NCBI GenBank assembly: GCA_963729605.1
Contig: CAVSNY010000003.1
Span: forward strand, 128,001-192,000
Length of the DNA stretch: 64,000 nucleotides
Reading direction: 5' to 3'
Source: an uncultured Gammaproteobacteria bacterium
Lineage (GTDB): Bacteria; Pseudomonadota; Gammaproteobacteria; DRLM01
This document shows positions 52,219 through 61,731 of this stretch, piece after piece. Each line of letters begins with the position of its first letter. The first letter of the stretch is position 1. Under the pieces are notes generated by a model that saw nothing but the letters and a program-made list of their open reading frames with translations, was not told where the DNA came from and ran no database searches. Both the position numbers and the translations under genes were made by a program.

Positions 52219-53685
52219 GCGGTAGGAGACCGGCAGGCGGACCGAGATCTGGACGTCCGGCGCGTCCTCGGTGATTCCCGCGCCGAGCGACACCGAGAAG
52301 CTGCTGCTTTTACCGACCCGATGCGATGCGCCGAATAACAAGCTGCCGATTTGCAGCGTCTGCGAGCCGGGTATGTTTTCGCCGTTCCGAGTGGTTTTGC
52401 CTACGCTGCTATGGCTATAGCCGAGGCTGAAGGACGCGTTTTGATTGATGGCGAAACCCATGCCGAAACTGAGACCGAACGCGTCGCCGGGATCGATGTT
52501 GCCGGTCTGGGCGTTGACGTCGCGCTCCAGATTCCACAGATAGCTGACATTGCCGAAGAACACCGCCGGGTCGGAAGGCAGGCTGATGGTTAAACTCGGT
52601 TGTATGCCCCAGAAGCCCGAGCCCGTCGGCAGGCTGGTTTGCAAGCCGGTGGCGGGGTCGGTCTTGATTTCGAACGGATCGCTGCCGGTGGTGGATTTTA
52701 CGCGAAGGTTGGCGAGGTAATAGGCCCGGCCCGGTCCGCCGCGGTTGATTTGATAATGCAGACCTAGTTCCGCGTCGCCCAGCCCGTCGCCTTCCACGTT
52801 TACCGTTTCATCTCGATCGGACGGCGAGGCCAGCGGCCGGGTCACGGTGGTATCGCTGCGTGAGACGTAGGGCACGCGGAATTCCATTTCGAAACGGTTG
52901 GTCAGCCCGTAACGAAGGCCCAGTGCGGCATTGACGGTGTTTCTGTTGACCGCGCGCACGTCGATCGCGCCGATGGTGATGGAGGGAATGACGGTGAAAC
53001 CTTCCAGCGCCACCCGCGTCACGCTCGAGTGGGTGTATTGCAGGGACGGTTCCACCACCAAAGTTCCCTGCGGTGTGAGTATGCCGTGTTGCTCGAGAAT
53101 GTCCGCGACCTGTTTCTGGCGGGTCTTTTCCTCGGGAGGCGCTTGCCCCACCGGCTCGCTGGGCGCTTCCTCGCGGGACACCGCCGGCTTGGGTGGCTGC
53201 GGCGGCGGGGCGGGCGGAGGCGCGGCGGGTTGAGGGGCAGGCTGCGGCGCGGGCGCCGGAATGGGCGCTGGAATGGGCGGCGTCGCGGCGGGTTCCGTCG
53301 GCGCGGGGATGGGCGCGATGGGCGGTTGCGCCAGTTCTTCGATCTGCAGGCGCAAACTGTCTAGGCGATTCTTTTGCTCTTCATAAATGCGCTGTTGTTC
53401 TTGAATCTGCTCGGATTGTCTTTGCAGCTTCTGTTGCTGTTCCAGCATGCGCTTCTGCTGCTCTTCCAATGCACGCTCAACGGTCTTCTCTTTTTCGGCC
53501 AACCGTTTTCTCTCGAGGTTGAATTTCTCGATTTCCTCCAGTAATTGCTCGGGAGAACTGGCCGGTGGCAGGGCGTTACCCTCTTGCGCGAAACCGGCCG
53601 ATGTGTCCGTCAACGCCCAGATTAAAAATAAAAACGGTAGCGCCTTGTCGCAGGCGCTACCACGGGTTGAGGGATTTTTTCGCAC
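52210..53685 (-). CDS. FapF-like outer-membrane beta-barrel channel with N-terminal coiled coil and Pro linker
   Basis: Signal peptide, Q/E/K heptads, Pro-rich spacer, then [37 protein letters not shown] and an aromatic C-terminus. Confidence 0.8.
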   Translation of the reverse strand: MRKNPSTRGSACDKALPFLFLIWALTDTSAGFAQEGNALPPASSPEQLLEEIEKFNLERKRLAEKEKTVERALEEQQKRMLEQQQKLQRQSEQIQEQQRIYEEQKNRLDSLRLQIEELAQPPIAPIPAPTEPAATPPIPAPIPAPAPQPAPQPAAPPPAPPPQPPKPAVSREEAPSEPVGQAPPEEKTRQKQVADILEQHGILTPQGTLVVEPSLQYTHSSVTRVALEGFTVIPSITIGAIDVRAVNRNTVNAALGLRYGLTNRFEMEFRVPYVSRSDTTVTRPLASPSDRDETVNVEGDGLGDAELGLHYQINRGGPGRAYYLANLRVKSTTGSDPFEIKTDPATGLQTSLPTGSGFWGIQPSLTISLPSDPAVFFGNVSYLWNLERDVNAQTGNIDPGDAFGLSFGMGFAINQNASFSLGYSHSSVGKTTRNGENIPGSQTLQIGSLLFGASHRVGKSSSFSVSLGAGITEDAPDVQISVRLPVSYRLY

Positions 53686-53713
53686 AAAAGCTACAATGAT
53701 CTTTTATATAAAA

Positions 53714-54130
53714 TTAGCGCTTGGTGATGGCTTCATTGCCGCTGCGTCCACCGAAGCGGCCGCGGATTTCCTCATAACGTTGGCGTTGTTCGGCATAAGC
53801 GCGTTTTTGCTCGGAAAGCTGCCGCTCGAAATCCTCCAATGAACGCCGTTGAGTGTCCAGCGTGCGCTCGTGATCGACCAGGTAGGTGGCCAGCTGCTTT
53901 TCGCGCTCGTCGAGCTTTTTCCGTTCGGCGGCGAGGGCTTCGAGTTCTTCTTGAAGCGACCGTTGTTTCACGAACAATTCGCCGGTCTGCTCGGTGATGG
54001 CCTGATTTAATTTCTTTAATGCATCCGGCGAGGTTTCCGTTCCTGCATCGGCGGCGTGGACGGGATTGAGCGTCCATGCGGCGGTCAGCAACAACACGGC
54101 GGTCATATTAATACGTAAATAATTATTCAT
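53714..54130 (-). CDS. Secreted coiled-coil protein resembling the N-terminal coil of the adjacent channel
   Basis: GAGGAG RBS, signal peptide ending VHA, continuous heptads. Confidence 0.7.
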   Translation of the reverse strand: MNNYLRINMTAVLLLTAAWTLNPVHAADAGTETSPDALKKLNQAITEQTGELFVKQRSLQEELEALAAERKKLDEREKQLATYLVDHERTLDTQRRSLEDFERQLSEQKRAYAEQRQRYEEIRGRFGGRSGNEAITKR

Positions 54131-54199
54131 ACCATTCTCCTCAACGATGCGAAGCACTACGAATGTATGGTTGGGCACCACAATTCGCTGATTTTAACT

Positions 54200-54733
54200 T
54201 TAAAACAATGAATTCAATAATTGATCGTTTATTGTATGTCCCAACGAGCCAAAGGGCGTGGTCGGTAAATTTTTAATGTCGATGTTGAGCACAGTTAAAT
54301 TATGCAGCGTCTGATGGTCAAGGCTGTTTTGCAGTAAGGTTAAATATCCCGCGACCGGTAATGAAAGTGCCGGGGCGGGAGCCAGGTTTCCTTCACCGGA
54401 TTGGATTATCCTTATCGGTTGAATGTCGCTGACGAGCTTGGCGGCATTACGGTGATCGAGCCGGGAGATATCCAGCGCAAGTTTGGTTTGCAGTATGCCG
54501 TTTATGAAGGCGGCTTGCTCATAACCTATGGTGATTTCAATGCCATCGGCGGTCATGAAACCGCCGCGCAAACCGGCCATTTCTTCCTGGCTGAGCGGCA
54601 TGAATTCGGTAAGCGGGTCGCCGAGTAAGGTTCCGGCGCGCGCCGTATTCAGGGTCATGGCCAGGGGTATGGCAATAAACACCAAGCTGAGCAGGCGGAC
54701 AAAGACCGAAGTTGGGTGCATTTTAAAACTCAT
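54200..54733 (-). CDS. FapE-like secreted accessory protein
   Basis: Signal peptide, PLSQEEMAGLRGGF, IQSGEGN, LQNSLDHQ; follows the C39 peptidase. Confidence 0.68.
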   Translation of the reverse strand: MSFKMHPTSVFVRLLSLVFIAIPLAMTLNTARAGTLLGDPLTEFMPLSQEEMAGLRGGFMTADGIEITIGYEQAAFINGILQTKLALDISRLDHRNAAKLVSDIQPIRIIQSGEGNLAPAPALSLPVAGYLTLLQNSLDHQTLHNLTVLNIDIKNLPTTPFGSLGHTINDQLLNSLF

Positions 54734-55451
54734 TTGCCCCCCTGAAGAATAAGGTCATGTCGGCAAGCATATTGCGATCGACCGCCATATCTATCGGCGC
54801 GCCGGTGGCCGCGTACCATTCTTCGCGGCCATTGAAATATTTGACGGCGATGTTGCGCTTGGAACGGACCAAGAACACGATGCCATTCCATATATTCTTG
54901 AACTCGGTGCGGGGAATTAATTTTATGCCCCGGGAAGGATCGCCAACCAATATATGTTGATCATTGATGCCTTTTATGACGACGAAATGATTGTAGCCGT
55001 CGCTGTTGATAAGGACGATGGCGGGGACGCCGATCCCTGATAATTTTTCGAGGGGCAGACGAAAACCGTCCGCTCGATAGCCGTTGGCCTCCAGATAATT
55101 TTTCATATCCAGCAGTGAGAAACCTTCTTTTTTGATTTTTTCTTTGTTTCCACTGTTATACATGGATAAAAAAACATCCCGTTCCGAAACGGGATGTTCG
55201 TAATGGTAAGTAAGCAATGTCGCAAGCGCGGCGGAACCGCAGCTGAAATCGTATTTCTGTTTAATGGTTTTAAGAAAAGAACGTTCTTGAAAGCTCTTGA
55301 CCGGCAAGGTTAGCGAGGCTTCGGAAGAACGCAGTATGACTTCGCCCGCATGAAGCGGCTTTATCAATAAGACCAACGCCAATCCCACAATAATAAACGA
55401 TACCATTGGAAAGATGGCGCGTTTCGAGGATGTTGCGGGTCCGGTCATCAC
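54723..55451 (-). CDS. Stand-alone exported C39 peptidase, FapD-like
   Basis: Signal/TM segment, QKYDFSCGSAAL, GFSLLDMK, YNHFVV, GDP. Confidence 0.92.
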   Translation of the reverse strand: MMTGPATSSKRAIFPMVSFIIVGLALVLLIKPLHAGEVILRSSEASLTLPVKSFQERSFLKTIKQKYDFSCGSAALATLLTYHYEHPVSERDVFLSMYNSGNKEKIKKEGFSLLDMKNYLEANGYRADGFRLPLEKLSGIGVPAIVLINSDGYNHFVVIKGINDQHILVGDPSRGIKLIPRTEFKNIWNGIVFLVRSKRNIAVKYFNGREEWYAATGAPIDMAVDRNMLADMTLFFRGANEF

Positions 55452-55828
55452 TGTTGTTTCTCGAGCGTCAGGTTGACGATGGTGGAATTTTGAATGATCA
55501 CATGATTTCCAGAATTCTGAATAACGGTGGCAAAGCCGCTGCTGTTGCTGAATGAATCATTGCTTACCGTATTGTTGCCGTTAGTGGTGCCGGTGACGAT
55601 GTTGCCGCTCATTTTGGCATTCATTTCTGAATCGTTGATGGTAAACCATTCAGTTACGCCTTGGGCGCGTTCGCCGTCCAGTTCATGCGAAGTTAATTTG
55701 TCTTGACTATCCAGCGTTGAATCCACTTCTCCGAGGTCACCCGCCTTGCTTGGCATGCAGAATGCGGCGGCCGCCAGGCTGAGCAGCAGGGGATGGACAA
55801 AACTATTGGTTCTAGCCTTCTTTGGCAT
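55448..55828 (-). CDS. Small secreted Asn-rich subunit (FapB-like minor subunit or nucleator)
   Basis: Signal peptide; C-terminal SFSNSSGFATVIQNSGNHVIIQN repeat resembles that of the upstream large protein. Confidence 0.7.
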   Translation of the reverse strand: MPKKARTNSFVHPLLLSLAAAAFCMPSKAGDLGEVDSTLDSQDKLTSHELDGERAQGVTEWFTINDSEMNAKMSGNIVTGTTNGNNTVSNDSFSNSSGFATVIQNSGNHVIIQNSTIVNLTLEKQQ

Positions 55829-55855
55829 TGTTATATCCCGATATGTAAGTCCGTT

Positions 55856-55897
55856 TTAAAAGTGCCTGTGGACGGCGTACCACGCCGCCCACAGGCA
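55856..55897 (-). terminator. Strong hairpin or partial terminator after the major subunit gene
   Basis: TGCCTGTGGGCGGCGT-GGT-ACGCCGTCCACAGGCA followed by CTTTT on the minus strand. Confidence 0.65.
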
Positions 55898-55915
55898 GAC
55901 CCCAATCAATATTGC

Positions 55916-58006
55916 TTATTGACCATTCACGTTCGCTTGAATCGTGAAGTTTTGTTGGATTTCACTATTGGCACCGCTGTTCTGAGCGACTTGAGAAATG
56001 CCATTCACATTCGAGAATGATCCGTTGTCGATCGTATTGCTGGTGTTCGCTGTGTAGTCTCCGTTACCCATGGTTACGCTATTGTTGGACACAGTAGCAG
56101 CAAGCGTACTCTGAGCAACCGCGATATCCATATCGGAGATATTGATCTCCGTGCTGCTGTCGCTGTTGTTGGAGTCGTTGGTGCTGTTGTTGTTATTGGA
56201 GTCGGCGACGTTAGTGCTGTTGTCGCTGTTATCACTGTTGTCACTGTTGTCGCTGTTGTCGTTATTGGAATCCGCGGTGTTGATGCTGTTGTCGTTATTG
56301 GAATCCGCGGTGTTGATGCTGTTGTCGTTATTGGAATCCGCGGTGTTGATGCTGTTGTCGTTGTTGGAATCCGCGGTGTTGGTGTTGGTGCTGTTGTTTG
56401 AGTTGTCCGAGTTGTCGCTCAGATCATTCCCATTTCCGGAATCAGTGACCAAGATGCCACTGTTGCCAGAATTGCCGTTGGTGCTGTTGTTGCTGTTATC
56501 GTTATTGGAGTCAGCGGTGTTGATGCTGTTGTCGTTATTGGAGTCAGCGGTATTGTTGGAATTAGTCGTATTGTTGGAATCAGCGGTGTTAGTGCTGTTA
56601 TCGGAATTGTCCGAGTTGTCGCTCAGATCATTCCCATTTCCAGAATCCGTGACCAGAATGCCGCTGTTGCCAGAATTGCCATTGGTGCTGTTGTCGTTGT
56701 TGGAATCAGCGGTATTGTTGGAATTAGTCGTATTGTTGGAATCAGCGGTGTTAGTGCTGTTGTCGGAATTGTCCGAGTTGTCGCTCAGATCATTCCCATT
56801 TCCAGAATCAGTGACCAAGATTCCGCTGTTGCCAGAATTACCGTCGGTGCTGTTATCGTTATTGGAGTCAGCGACGTTAGTGCTGTTGTCGCTGTTGTCA
56901 CTGTTGTCGTTATTGGAGTCCGCGGTGTTGGTGCTGGAATCGTTGTTGGAATCGGCGGTGTTGATGCTGTTGTCAGAGTTATCCGAATTGTCGCTGTTGT
57001 CGGAATTATCGCTCAGGTCGTTACCGTTGCCGGAATCCGTGACCAAGATACCGCTGTTGTTGGCATTGCCGTCAGCCGCGACGCTGTTGTCACTATTGTT
57101 GGAGTTGTCGCTGTTGTCGTTGTTGGAATCGGCGGTGTTGATGCTGTTGTCCGAGTTGTCCGAGTTATCCGAATTGTCGCTGTTGTCGGAATTATCGCTC
57201 AGGTCGTTGCCGTTGCCGGAATCCGTGACCAAGATACCGCTGTTGTTGGCATTGCCGTCAGCCGCGACGCTGTTGTCGCTGTTGTCGTTGTTGGAGTCCG
57301 CGGTGTTGGTGCTGGAATCGTTGTTGGAATCTGCTGTGTTAGTGCTGTTGTCCGAGTTATTCGAATTGTCGCTGTTGTCGGAATTGTCTCTCAGGTCGTT
57401 GCCGTTGCCGGAATCCGTGATCAAGATGCCGCTGTTGCCGGCATTGCCGTCGGCCGCGATGCTGTTGTCGCTGTTGTCGTTGTTGGAGTCCGCGGTGTTG
57501 GTGCTGGAATCGTTGTTGGAATCTGCGGTGTTGGTGCTGTTATTGGTGTTGTCGGTGCTGTTGTCGGAGTTGTCGGAGTTGTTTGAATTGTCGCTCAGGT
57601 CGTTGCCGTTACCGGAATCCGTGACCAAGATGCCGCTGTTACCGGCATTGCCGTCGGCCGCGATGCTGTTGTCGCTGTTGTCGTTGTTGGAGTCCGCGGT
57701 GTTGGTGCTGGAATCGTTGTTGGAATCTGCTGTGTTGGTGCTGTTGTTGGTGTTGTCGGTGCTGTTGTCATTATTGCTGTTGGCAGTGCTGTTATCGCTG
57801 TTATCCGAGCTATTTGAATTGTCTGAATTATTGGAGTTGTCTGAATTGTCGCTCAAGTCGTTGCCGTTGCCGGAATCATTAACGCTTACCGCGACGGAAT
57901 TATCGTTGGCGGACGAGGCGCCGTTATTGGATGTGGAGTCCGCCCAGGCCGGTGCAGAAAGGCCTAAGGCGAAGGTTACTGCTACAACTATAAGTTTCTT
58001 GTCCAT
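55916..58006 (-). CDS. Large secreted Asn/Ser/Asp-repeat protein; putative major fibre subunit of the Fap-like operon
   Basis: AGGAG RBS, signal peptide ending AWA, 8 DSGNGNDL blocks, (DNS)n and NTADSNNDNS repeats, C-terminal SFSNVNGISQVAQNSGANSEIQQN. Confidence 0.82.
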   Translation of the reverse strand: MDKKLIVVAVTFALGLSAPAWADSTSNNGASSANDNSVAVSVNDSGNGNDLSDNSDNSNNSDNSNSSDNSDNSTANSNNDNSTDNTNNSTNTADSNNDSSTNTADSNNDNSDNSIAADGNAGNSGILVTDSGNGNDLSDNSNNSDNSDNSTDNTNNSTNTADSNNDSSTNTADSNNDNSDNSIAADGNAGNSGILITDSGNGNDLRDNSDNSDNSNNSDNSTNTADSNNDSSTNTADSNNDNSDNSVAADGNANNSGILVTDSGNGNDLSDNSDNSDNSDNSDNSDNSINTADSNNDNSDNSNNSDNSVAADGNANNSGILVTDSGNGNDLSDNSDNSDNSDNSDNSINTADSNNDSSTNTADSNNDNSDNSDNSTNVADSNNDNSTDGNSGNSGILVTDSGNGNDLSDNSDNSDNSTNTADSNNTTNSNNTADSNNDNSTNGNSGNSGILVTDSGNGNDLSDNSDNSDNSTNTADSNNTTNSNNTADSNNDNSINTADSNNDNSNNSTNGNSGNSGILVTDSGNGNDLSDNSDNSNNSTNTNTADSNNDNSINTADSNNDNSINTADSNNDNSINTADSNNDNSDNSDNSDNSDNSTNVADSNNNNSTNDSNNSDSSTEINISDMDIAVAQSTLAATVSNNSVTMGNGDYTANTSNTIDNGSFSNVNGISQVAQNSGANSEIQQNFTIQANVNGQ

Positions 58007-58124
58007 GATGCTCTCCTGAGTTGTTATCATTGCGTCCGCAATCGATTTCGTTGCGAGCGATTACTAGCAGTCGGGCGTCTTTTACGGCATAACCCCCCTA
58101 TCGCGCGTGCGATAGTGTGCGCGG

Positions 58125-58140
58125 TGCAATTCATACGCCA
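58125..58140 (-). promoter_or_regulatory. Sigma54 -24/-12 promoter
   Basis: TGGCGT-ATGAA-TTGCA with canonical GG-N10-GC spacing, ~120 bp upstream of the start codon and preceded by AT-rich DNA. Confidence 0.75.
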
Positions 58141-58517
58141 TCTTTAATAGTTTTCTGTAAGCTTATGAATGAGTAATTCTTTGAGGTGTTGATTTGTGCG
58201 ATCATTCACGGGTATTGAAAAGAATCTCGACGATCAAGACGGATTGAAGCGTAGGGGTTTCTACTCATTCTCATTTTTTACTTAATTAGCAAGACGTTGA
58301 ATTGATGTGGCTTATATGTCTTCAAGCGAGCTTATGATGTTGTAAATATTTTCGACATGACGTAGACCGTCCCTGAAAACCCGCCATATCAGCCGAGGTG
58401 TTTTAAGTCATTCAAATTTATTTTTTAATTTTTGAAAATGAACGGGGCAATTATCGTATTGCCCGTTTAAGCGACTAATGAGCTTTCCTGTGTCCTCAAG
58501 AGAATGTCTCTCAACAG

Positions 58518-59605
58518 TTAAATATGTTGTTCGAGCGCCCACATCACGTGTTCGCGCACGAGTTGGGAAGGATGGGAGAGACGTTGCCGCAGGGCGTGGA
58601 CGAGGTTTTCGCTGGTGGGGGCATTGCCCAGGGCCACGGCGATATTGCGCAGCCAGCTCAGGTGGCCGATGCGGCGGATGGCGCTGCCTTCGGTACGTTT
58701 GAGGAATTCTTCTTCAGTCCATGCGAATAAATCGATAAGGCTTGGTGCGTCGAGTTGGTGGCGGGTGAGAAAGTCGTCTTCGGCGCTCAGCCGCGCGAAG
58801 CGGTTCCATGGGCAGACCAATTGGCAATCGTCGCAACCGTAGATGCGGTTGCCGAGCATGGCGCGGAATTCCACGGGGATGCTGCCGCGCAATTCAATGG
58901 TGAGATACGAGATGCAGCGGCGGGCATCGAGCTGGTAGGGGCCGATGATGGCCGGGTCGGGCAGATGTCGATACAGGCGCGGCAGGTGCCGCAGTGGTTG
59001 ACGCCGGTGCGTCGACCGGCAGCGGCAGGTCGGTGTAGATCTCGCCGAGGAAAAACCAGGAGCCGGCGCCGCGGTTGATGCAGATTGGTATGTTTGCCGA
59101 TCCAGCCCAGCCCCGCCTTCTCGGCGATGGCCTTTTCCAGGACCGGCGCGCTATCGACGAAGACCCGATAACCGAACGGCACCGATCGCCGCTGCGATTT
59201 TGCGTCGCCAGTTGTTGCAGCCGCTGCCGCAGCACTTTGTGATAGTCGCGCCCGAGGGCGTAGCGCGAGACGTAGCCCAGGTGCGGGTCGCGCCAGCACG
59301 TCGTCCGGCTGGCGTGCTGTCGGGAGGCAGATAGTCCATTCGCGCGGAGATGACCCGCAAGGTATTCTCGGCACCAGTTCGGCGGGGCGGCTGCGTTTAC
59401 TGCCGTGCCGGGCCATGTAGTCCATTTCGCCGTGGTGACCGGCCGCCAGCCAGGTTTGCAGATGGGCCTCGTGGTCGTCGAGTTCGGTGTCGGTGATGCC
59501 GAGTTGCTGAAAGCCGAGTTCCTCGCCCCAGCGTTTGATGTCGGCGGCGAGTTGCGCCCAATCGGCGGGTGATGTTGGTGTGGTGCTCTGTCGCGGGTCT
59601 GGCAT
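58518..59605 (-). pseudogene. queG: Epoxyqueuosine reductase QueG with several frameshifts (likely sequence errors)
   Basis: Fragments in three frames: GFQQLGITD, RVISARMDY, YRVFVDSAPVLEK, AGSWFFLGEIYTD, CGTCRACIDICPT, RIYGCDDCQLVCPWN. Confidence 0.9.
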
Positions 59606-59624
59606 AGCCGTTATGATAGCCGCC

Positions 59625-61118
59625 ATGCGAGATTTACCCCAGGCCCTTTATACCGCGCAGGCCGTGCGCGAACTCGATCGCCTCGCGATCGAGCAATACG
59701 GCATTGCCGGTTTGACGTTGATGACCCGCGCCGGCGAGGCGGTGTTCCGCGAACTGCGCCGGTGTTGGCCGCGGGCGCGGCGGGTGGCGGTGGTGTGCGG
59801 CGCGGGCAATAACGGCGGCGACGGTTTCGTGGTGGCGCGACTGATTTACGAGGCGGGTCTGTCGGTGACGGTGAGTTTGCTGGGCGACGCGGCGCAACTT
59901 AAAGGCGACGCGCGCCTGGCCTATGAAGCCATGACCGCGGCGGGTTTGAACGCCGAGCTATTTTCAGCGGAGTCTCTGCGCCAGGCCGACGTGGTGGTGG
60001 ATGCGTTGTTCGGCACCGGTTTGGACCGCGAGCCGCGCGGCCTTTATCTCGAGGCGATCACCGCCATCAATAACAGCGCTGTGCCGGTGATCGCGGTGGA
60101 CATCCCCTCCGGCTTGCACGCGAATACCGGCGCGGTGTTGGGCGCGGCGGTGCAGGCTCGCGTTACCGTGAGTTTTATCGGGCTCAAGCAGGGTTTGTTC
60201 ACCGGTGAGGGGCCCGCGCGATGCGGTGAGATCGTCTTTGACGATTTAGCGATATCGCCGGAAGCTTACAACCACATAGCGCCCACCGCTTTGCTCACTA
60301 ATGATGATGAACTGGCGGCCCGCCTGCCGCGCCGTGACCGCACCGCGCACAAAGGCCGTCACGGCCATGTGTTGATCGTCGGCGGCGATGCCGGCATGGC
60401 GGGCGCGGCGCGGATGGCGGCGCAGGCGGCGGCGCGGGTCGGCGCCGGCCTGGTCAGCATCGCCACCCATCCTCGACATGCCGCGTTTTGCGCGACCGTC
60501 CAACCGGAGATCATGTGTCACGCCGTGGCGGACGGCCATGACTTGCGGCCGTTATTGCAGCGCGCCGGTGTGGTGGCGGTGGGGCCGGGTTTGGGCACCG
60601 CCGCCTGGGGCAAGGGATTGTTCGACACGGTGCTCGATAGTGGTTTGCCGTTGGTGGTGGACGCCGACGCCTTGAACCTCTTGGCTCAAGATCCCGCGCG
60701 GCGGAAAAACTGGGTATTGACGCCCCATCCCGGCGAGGCGGCCCGTTTATTGGAAATGAGCGTGGCCGAAATCCAGTCGGATCGGTTTACTGCCGTGCGC
60801 GCATTGGCCGCGCGTTATGACGGCGTGGCGGTATTGAAAGGCGCGGGCAGTTTGATCGCCGGCACCACCGGGCCGGTGGCGGTGTGCGCCGCGGGCAATC
60901 CTGGCATGGCGACGGGCGGCATGGGCGATGTGCTCACCGGCGTGATCGCCGGACTCGTCGCGCAAGGGCTGGGTTTGCCGGAGGCGGCGCGGCTGGGTGT
61001 GCATCTCCATGCCCGCGCCGGTGATGCCGCCGCCCGCGGCGGCGAGCGCGGCATGCTGGCGACGGATCTGTTGCCGGAACTGCGTTACTGGGTGAACCCG
61101 GATTTATGGAACGGCTGA
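59625..61118 (+). CDS. nnr: Bifunctional NAD(P)HX epimerase/dehydratase
   Basis: GAGNNGGDG, DALFGTG, DIPSG, TPHPGEA, MATGGMGDVLTG. Confidence 0.95.
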   Translation: MRDLPQALYTAQAVRELDRLAIEQYGIAGLTLMTRAGEAVFRELRRCWPRARRVAVVCGAGNNGGDGFVVARLIYEAGLSVTVSLLGDAAQLKGDARLAYEAMTAAGLNAELFSAESLRQADVVVDALFGTGLDREPRGLYLEAITAINNSAVPVIAVDIPSGLHANTGAVLGAAVQARVTVSFIGLKQGLFTGEGPARCGEIVFDDLAISPEAYNHIAPTALLTNDDELAARLPRRDRTAHKGRHGHVLIVGGDAGMAGAARMAAQAAARVGAGLVSIATHPRHAAFCATVQPEIMCHAVADGHDLRPLLQRAGVVAVGPGLGTAAWGKGLFDTVLDSGLPLVVDADALNLLAQDPARRKNWVLTPHPGEAARLLEMSVAEIQSDRFTAVRALAARYDGVAVLKGAGSLIAGTTGPVAVCAAGNPGMATGGMGDVLTGVIAGLVAQGLGLPEAARLGVHLHARAGDAAARGGERGMLATDLLPELRYWVNPDLWNG

Positions 61119-61576
61119 TCCCCGACGAAGCGGCCACCCTGGCCTTGGGCGCGGCGCTGGCGCGGGCCTGCGCGCCGGGCACGGTGGTTTATCTGGTGGG
61201 CGAACTCGGCGCGGGCAAGACCACCCTGGTCCGCGGCTGGCTGCACGGCCTGGGTTATCGCGGCACTGTAAAAAGCCCCACCTATACCTTGGTCGAGCCC
61301 TATGAGGTCGCGGGATTGCGCCTCTATCATTGCGATCTCTATCGCCTGAACGATCCCGAGGAATTGGAATATCTCGGCCTGCGGGACAGCCTGGACGACC
61401 GCTCGCTGCTGTTGATCGAATGGCCATCGCGCGGTGGCGATAGATTGCCTCCCGCTGATTTGACTATCACTCTGCAACACCAAGTCGCGGGCCGGCGGGT
61501 AAACATGGTCGCCCACACGCCGCGCGGCGACTCCCTGCTTTCCCAACTCGACATGGCGGCCTTCAGCCCCGCTTGA
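61106..61576 (+). CDS. tsaE: tRNA t6A biosynthesis ATPase TsaE
   Basis: GELGAGKTT, VKSPTYTL, DLYRL, IEW. Confidence 0.96.
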   Translation: MERLIPDEAATLALGAALARACAPGTVVYLVGELGAGKTTLVRGWLHGLGYRGTVKSPTYTLVEPYEVAGLRLYHCDLYRLNDPEELEYLGLRDSLDDRSLLLIEWPSRGGDRLPPADLTITLQHQVAGRRVNMVAHTPRGDSLLSQLDMAAFSPA

Positions 61577-61731
61577 GACAGGCCGATAGCCGTTGGTGAA
61601 TGGCAGATAGCGGCGACTATTGTATCCACCAGACAACATCGTGACCTAACTAGCCGATTCGATTTAAAAATGCTTGCGAAACGCATCATGATTCGGTATA
61701 TCATGCCGGAGAGCGCTACAGGGACGCGGAG

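Noticed and set aside
56142-58019. 625-aa Leu/Ser/Glu-rich ORF on the + strand
   Set aside because: Antisense shadow of the N/S/D repeat gene; the minus-strand ORF has the RBS, signal peptide, promoter and operon context
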